DNA of 20,000 nt from an uncultured virus (IMG/VR IMGVR_UViG_3300034101_005937) (Duplodnaviria > Heunggongvirae > Uroviricota > Caudoviricetes), in the IMG/VR virus record IMGVR_UViG_3300034101_005937, positions 57,852 through 77,851 of that record. One strand, 5' to 3'. The notes below the pieces were generated by a model, which saw nothing but the letters and a program-made list of their open reading frames with translations, was not told the origin of the DNA and ran no database searches. Both the position numbers and the translations under genes were made by a program. This document shows positions 15,549 to 20,000 of this stretch, one piece after another; position 1 is the first letter of the stretch, and every line of letters starts with the position of its first letter.

Positions 15549-17675
15549 TCAAACATCATAAGGTAATGAATTAGCAAATCCACTTCTAATAACACAAAGA
15601 TTTGGCATTACAAACATACCACCACTAACAGATATTCCTATTGATTGCTGCATGTCTCCAGAAAGAAATGGTGCTTGTAAAGTTCCGCCAGCATTAGTAA
15701 ATCCACTTCTACTAACAACATATCCACCAGATCCAGTATAAAGCAAAGTGCCGTCAAATCCACTAGAAATCATACCAGAAGCAGTGTTAAATATTCTTCC
15801 ATAAGAAACAACTGTACATGCTGTTCCACTTAATGCACCACTCATTGTCACACCTATTGCAGGTAATCTTAATCCAGATCCAGCTTGTGCAGCCAAAATA
15901 ACACCACCAGATCCCATACACACAGCTTTAATACCAGATATTAGCTCTCCAGCATTGAAGTTTGTAGTTATAATTCTTGATGCTTGTGCTGCTACTGTTG
16001 TTTGGGTTATATGAATACTATCAATTTGACCACTGCCAATATTGGTTGCTGTTATTGCTCCATCAGCAATGTGTACGCTTCCGATTTGTCCGCTGCCAAT
16101 ATTACCAGAAAGTAAACCGCCTGCTGCTATATTAACCCAGCTGATAACACCGCTGGCAATGATTCCACTAACAAATACTCCACTTGCTAAATGAACACCA
16201 GCAAATTGTCCCGATGCAATCGATCCGCTTCTTACACATCCAGAACCAAGATGAAATTCTCCAATTTGACCAGACGCTATTGCTCCACTTGTTATTGCAC
16301 CTGATCCAATATTTGTACTTAAGATTGCACCTGAAGCAATGTTATTGCCATTTATTTGACCTGAAGCAATATTGGAGGCAAATACAGCAGAATCACCTAC
16401 CATGCCTGATTTTATATCACCAGATCTAATATTTGGAGTTGTAAAAATACCACTGGCAAGGTGTCCACTAGCAATTTGTCCACTTGCTATATTACCACTG
16501 ACAATAGCTCCGCTACTGATCTTGCCGCTAGTGATAGCTCCAGATGCCAAATGAAATTGTCCTATAGATCCACTCGCTATATTTCCGCTTCTTACAGAAC
16601 CAGATGCAAGATGATTGATACCAATTTGTCCACTAGCAATGTTTCCACTAAGAATAGCATTATCAGCTATGGCATTGATATCAACGGCTCCTGACGCAAT
16701 ATTACCAGAAAGAACTGAGAAAAGACCAAGATTTCCACTTCTTACTGCTCCAGAAGTAATATGATAGCTTTGTATTGCAAATTGAGCTATGTGAAAACTT
16801 TGAATTGCACCACTTGCTATATGTAATTGACCAATTTGACCAGAAGCAACATGTGCGCTCATGACTGCGCCTGCATTTATTTTACCGCTTGTAATTGCAC
16901 CGCTTGCAATGTGGAATGATCCAACTTGACCAGAGGCAATATATCCAGATGTAATTGCACCAGAAGCTATATGAAATGATCCAATTTGACCACTTCCTAT
17001 ATTTGAACTAGTTACTGCACCACTTGCAAGATGAAATTGTCCAACTTGACCACTTGCTATATTTCCGCTAGTTACAGCATTATTGCCAATGTTTCCAGAT
17101 TGAACTTGTCCAGAAGAAAGAACAATTGCTCCACTTGCAAGATGAAATTGTCCAACTTGACCACTTGCTATATTTCCGCTAGTTACAGCATTATTGCCAA
17201 TGTTTCCAGATTGAACTTGTCCAGAAGAAAGAGTAATTGCTCCAGAACTAAGATGAAATTGTCCAATTTGACCAGAAGCGATATTACCACTAAATATTGC
17301 ATTATCACCAACATTTCCAGATTGAACTTGTCCAGAAGATAATACAATTGCACCACTAGCTATGTGAAATTGTCCAATTTGACCAGATGCGATGTTTCCA
17401 CTAGTTACAGCGTTGTTACCAATTAAACCAGAAGTCACAGAACCAGAAGTAAGACTAGCCCCACCGCCACCGCCTACACCAGAAGCTAAGTGAAAAGCTC
17501 CAATTTGCCCACTAGCAATGTTACCGCTAAAGACAACAGGAGTACTTAATTGACCACTTGTTATATTTCCAGAAGCTCCAACAGAAGCCCAATAAATATC
17601 ATTCCAAATCCAGCTTTTGGATAAGTAATCGTATCTTTGACCGGAAGATGGTGAAGTTGGAAAATCAATTGGCAT
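15549..17675 (-). CDS. 708-aa Ser/Gly decapeptide-repeat fibre protein, propeller-less paralogue of 10427-15535
   Basis: The first roughly 90 aa are nearly identical to the paralogue. A long SGAVTSGNIA/SGQIGQFHLA repeat shaft follows, then the shared C-terminal GIKAVC..SGLRLPAIGVT..FLSG.MQQ.IGI..SGG.FVMP domain. Confidence 0.82.
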   Translation of the reverse strand: MPIDFPTSPSSGQRYDYLSKSWIWNDIYWASVGASGNITSGQLSTPVVFSGNIASGQIGAFHLASGVGGGGGASLTSGSVTSGLIGNNAVTSGNIASGQIGQFHIASGAIVLSSGQVQSGNVGDNAIFSGNIASGQIGQFHLSSGAITLSSGQVQSGNIGNNAVTSGNIASGQVGQFHLASGAIVLSSGQVQSGNIGNNAVTSGNIASGQVGQFHLASGAVTSSNIGSGQIGSFHIASGAITSGYIASGQVGSFHIASGAITSGKINAGAVMSAHVASGQIGQLHIASGAIQSFHIAQFAIQSYHITSGAVRSGNLGLFSVLSGNIASGAVDINAIADNAILSGNIASGQIGINHLASGSVRSGNIASGSIGQFHLASGAITSGKISSGAIVSGNIASGQIASGHLASGIFTTPNIRSGDIKSGMVGDSAVFASNIASGQINGNNIASGAILSTNIGSGAITSGAIASGQIGEFHLGSGCVRSGSIASGQFAGVHLASGVFVSGIIASGVISWVNIAAGGLLSGNIGSGQIGSVHIADGAITATNIGSGQIDSIHITQTTVAAQASRIITTNFNAGELISGIKAVCMGSGGVILAAQAGSGLRLPAIGVTMSGALSGTACTVVSYGRIFNTASGMISSGFDGTLLYTGSGGYVVSRSGFTNAGGTLQAPFLSGDMQQSIGISVSGGMFVMPNLCVIRSGFANSLPYDV
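17020..17232. repeat. exact 102-bp direct repeat with a 111-bp (37-codon) period
   Basis: 17020-17121 is identical to 17131-17232. A more diverged third copy follows. Confidence 0.9.
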
Positions 17676-17704
17676 AAATCAAAACTTTCTTAATTTAAAT
17701 TAGT

Positions 17705-17710
17705 TATTTA
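17705..17710 (-). promoter_or_regulatory. putative late-promoter motif TAAATA upstream of the paired fibre genes
   Basis: Lies in the short intergenic gap, 29 nt before the ATG at 17675. Confidence 0.4.
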
Positions 17711-17714
17711 ATGG

Positions 17715-20000
17715 TTAAAATTGTACCCATTGCGAACTACTTCCATCATTTACATAAGTTAGTAATACTCCATCATCTGTATAATACCATCTATCTCCCT
17801 CACTAGGACTAGATGGTGCTGATGAACTAGATGTAAATTTAGCTACACTTCCAGATGAAAAATGGATAGTTCCAATTTGTCCACTACCAACACTTCCACT
17901 GACAATAGCGGCATTACCTATGTAGCCAGATGTAACACTACCAGAAGTAAGACTTGATCCTCCTACACCAGAAGCTAAGTGAAATTGTCCAATTTGACCA
18001 CTACCAATTGCTCCTGAAAGCAATCCGCCCGAAGCAATATGTAATGTAAATATTTGTCCAGAAGCAATATTTCCACTTACTACAGCAGCGTCACCTATGA
18101 ATCCAGAAGTAATATTTCCTGAAAGTAATCTGAAAACTACGCCACTAGCAATATTTCCAGAAGTTACTTGACCAGAACCAAGGGACAATGTTGTGATTAA
18201 TCCAGAAATTAAATGATTAACACCAATGCTTCCACTAGCAATACTTCCACTGACTACAGCAGCATTTCCAATATTTCCACTAGTGATAGATCCTGAAGCA
18301 GTTGTGTTCATTACCTGAACAGCAGTTAAAATGACAGAAGGAATAGCTGGGTGAATATGACCACTAATCAAAGCTTCGGCGAATAATCTTAAATCTGCAT
18401 CTGCGGAATACCAAGCAATTTCTGTATAATCACCTGAAGAAACAGATAAAACCCAGTTCCATGCTGCTACTACTTTAGCATTATTTCCAGTCAAATCAAG
18501 TCTTGTGCTACTATCAGCAACATTTGCGCCATTTCTTTTTAACCAAATATCAATTTGATCTGTGCCAGAATCTGTTTTATCAAGTTGCGCTGAAAACTGA
18601 ATATTATAAGTTCCGGGGTATCCAAATACGATATTTGATCCCGATCTAACTGAAATTCCATTTGCTTCGGCAACATTATTATATGTCATTAAATTGCCAG
18701 AAGCTAATCCAACATTAGTTTGCGTTACATCTGAATATGCTGAAATGTAATATCCAAGAGGAACTTCACCTGTTGTTCCAATTGTAACCAGATTAGGATT
18801 ATTTGTGATTGATATATTTCCAGCAGCGGCAATTGTTTTGTATTCATTTGCTGTTGCTCCAGCATTGATTCCAAGAATTTGATTTGCTGTTCCAGAAATA
18901 TAAGTCGGAACTAAAACACCAGAAGCAATATGATTTCTTCCTATTTGTCCTGACCCAATACTTCCAGAAATGACAGAACTGTCACCTAATTTACCACTTA
19001 AAACACCACCAGATGTAATGTTATTATTGAAAACTGCACCTGCACCAATCATTCCAGAAGTTATGATTCCAGAAGTCAAAAAGCCAACAACAACTCCCGA
19101 AGCTAAATGAACACTTCCAATGCTTCCACTAGCAATACTTCCGCTTACTACAGCAGCATTTCCAATAAATCCAGATGTAACAGAGCCAGAAGTAAGACTT
19201 GCTCCACCACCACCTACACCAGAAGCTAAGTGAAATTGTCCAATTTGTCCACTGCCAATACTTCCACTTACTACAGCAGCGTTACCAATAAATCCAGACT
19301 GAACTTGTCCGCTTTGTAGCACAACAGCGCCGTCTGCCATGATGTTTGTGCTAACACCACCGCCACCGCTTGTAATTTGAAGATAAAAACCTCTAGCACT
19401 ACCACCTTGTTCAAAAAATCTTAATCTATCTTGATAAAGATCTATAGTAACACCAGTACCACTTAGTGTTGTGTTGGTCTGTGCTTTAGCTAATAGTATT
19501 TCTCCACCTTCATCTCCCACTGAGTTTGTTAGTGTGAGTAGATTTGCACTTAAAATTGTGCCATCCCATGTCAAACCAGATGAACCAGTTAATGCTGCAC
19601 CATTATTTACTTGAACTTGTCCAGAAGAACCACCAGTTATTGTTCCACTAGCAATGTTTCCACTAACAACGCTATTTGCAGCTAAATGTCCACTATTAAC
19701 AGCACCAGAACTCAGATGCATTCTGCCAATTTGTCCAGAAGATATATCTCCAGATTGAACTGCACCATCAGCTAAATGAACAGAACCGATACTGCCAGAA
19801 GAAATTGCTCCTGAAGTTAAACCACCAGAAGCAATGTGAATATTGCCAATAACGCCTGATGTTATATTACCTGAATTAACAGAAGAGTTACCAATATAGC
19901 CAGAAGTTACATTACCTGATAACAAGAACGTACCAGAAAATACAGTGCCAGATGCAAGATGACTAAGACCAATTTGCCCTGATCCAATGCTTCCACTAAC
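17715..20000 (-). CDS. Ser/Gly-repeat fibre protein, 5'-truncated by the window, with an internal C1q/BclA-CTD-like domain
   Basis: The frame stays open to base 20000 (VSGSIGSGQIGLSHLASG...), so the track start at 19925 is not the true start. An internal jelly-roll-like segment PGTYNIQFSAQL..IDIWLKRNG..VAAWNW..GDYTEIAW lies at about 18313-18755. The C-terminus is APSSPSEGDRWY.TD.G.L..Y..DG...QWV. Confidence 0.82.
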   Translation of the reverse strand, partial: VSGSIGSGQIGLSHLASGTVFSGTFLLSGNVTSGYIGNSSVNSGNITSGVIGNIHIASGGLTSGAISSGSIGSVHLADGAVQSGDISSGQIGRMHLSSGAVNSGHLAANSVVSGNIASGTITGGSSGQVQVNNGAALTGSSGLTWDGTILSANLLTLTNSVGDEGGEILLAKAQTNTTLSGTGVTIDLYQDRLRFFEQGGSARGFYLQITSGGGGVSTNIMADGAVVLQSGQVQSGFIGNAAVVSGSIGSGQIGQFHLASGVGGGGASLTSGSVTSGFIGNAAVVSGSIASGSIGSVHLASGVVVGFLTSGIITSGMIGAGAVFNNNITSGGVLSGKLGDSSVISGSIGSGQIGRNHIASGVLVPTYISGTANQILGINAGATANEYKTIAAAGNISITNNPNLVTIGTTGEVPLGYYISAYSDVTQTNVGLASGNLMTYNNVAEANGISVRSGSNIVFGYPGTYNIQFSAQLDKTDSGTDQIDIWLKRNGANVADSSTRLDLTGNNAKVVAAWNWVLSVSSGDYTEIAWYSADADLRLFAEALISGHIHPAIPSVILTAVQVMNTTASGSITSGNIGNAAVVSGSIASGSIGVNHLISGLITTLSLGSGQVTSGNIASGVVFRLLSGNITSGFIGDAAVVSGNIASGQIFTLHIASGGLLSGAIGSGQIGQFHLASGVGGSSLTSGSVTSGYIGNAAIVSGSVGSGQIGTIHFSSGSVAKFTSSSSAPSSPSEGDRWYYTDDGVLLTYVNDGSSSQWVQF

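Noticed and set aside
1092..17342. Short alternative-frame and antisense ORFs in the track (e.g. 1812-2252, 4297-4521, 8806-9132, 10809-11309, 17031-17342)
   Set aside because: They lie within or opposite well-supported genes, have no recognisable motifs, and their periodicity mirrors the sense-strand repeats.
19923..19925. Start codon of the last fibre gene
   Set aside because: The reading frame and repeat pattern continue to the window edge, so the gene is truncated.
1..20000. Stop-codon reassignment, tRNA or rRNA genes
   Set aside because: Long ORFs tile the window in the standard code, and I saw no cloverleaf or rRNA-like segment in the short intergenic gaps.

Overview
AT-rich, densely coding segment that most likely comes from a large tailed dsDNA phage. 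The evidence is TAAATA late-promoter-like motifs, fibre genes, and small proteins of types seen in aquatic phages; no cellular housekeeping genes are present. The left part (1-4.75 kb) is a mixed-orientation accessory region. It contains a DUF6065-like protein, a ParB-family protein with a sigma70-type promoter and terminator, a Zn-ribbon protein, a CsrA homologue whose own RBS matches the CsrA binding consensus, and a gamma-glutamylcyclotransferase. It also contains a small basic protein interrupted by a 138-aa mini-intein, a candidate structured RNA, and a 49-aa membrane ORF missing from the ORF track. The middle part (4.75-10.4 kb) is a glycan-modification cluster: a triple SAM-methyltransferase, two GT4s, one GT2, and a coiled-coil/GT2 fusion. 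The right part (10.4-20 kb) has three Ser/Gly-rich repeat fibre genes. One carries 3x6 Kelch-like blades, and two share both an N-terminal module and a C-terminal capsid-cement-like module. The leading hypothesis is a phage-encoded system for glycosylating and methylating virion fibres. All family assignments come from motif recognition by eye; no database searches were run.
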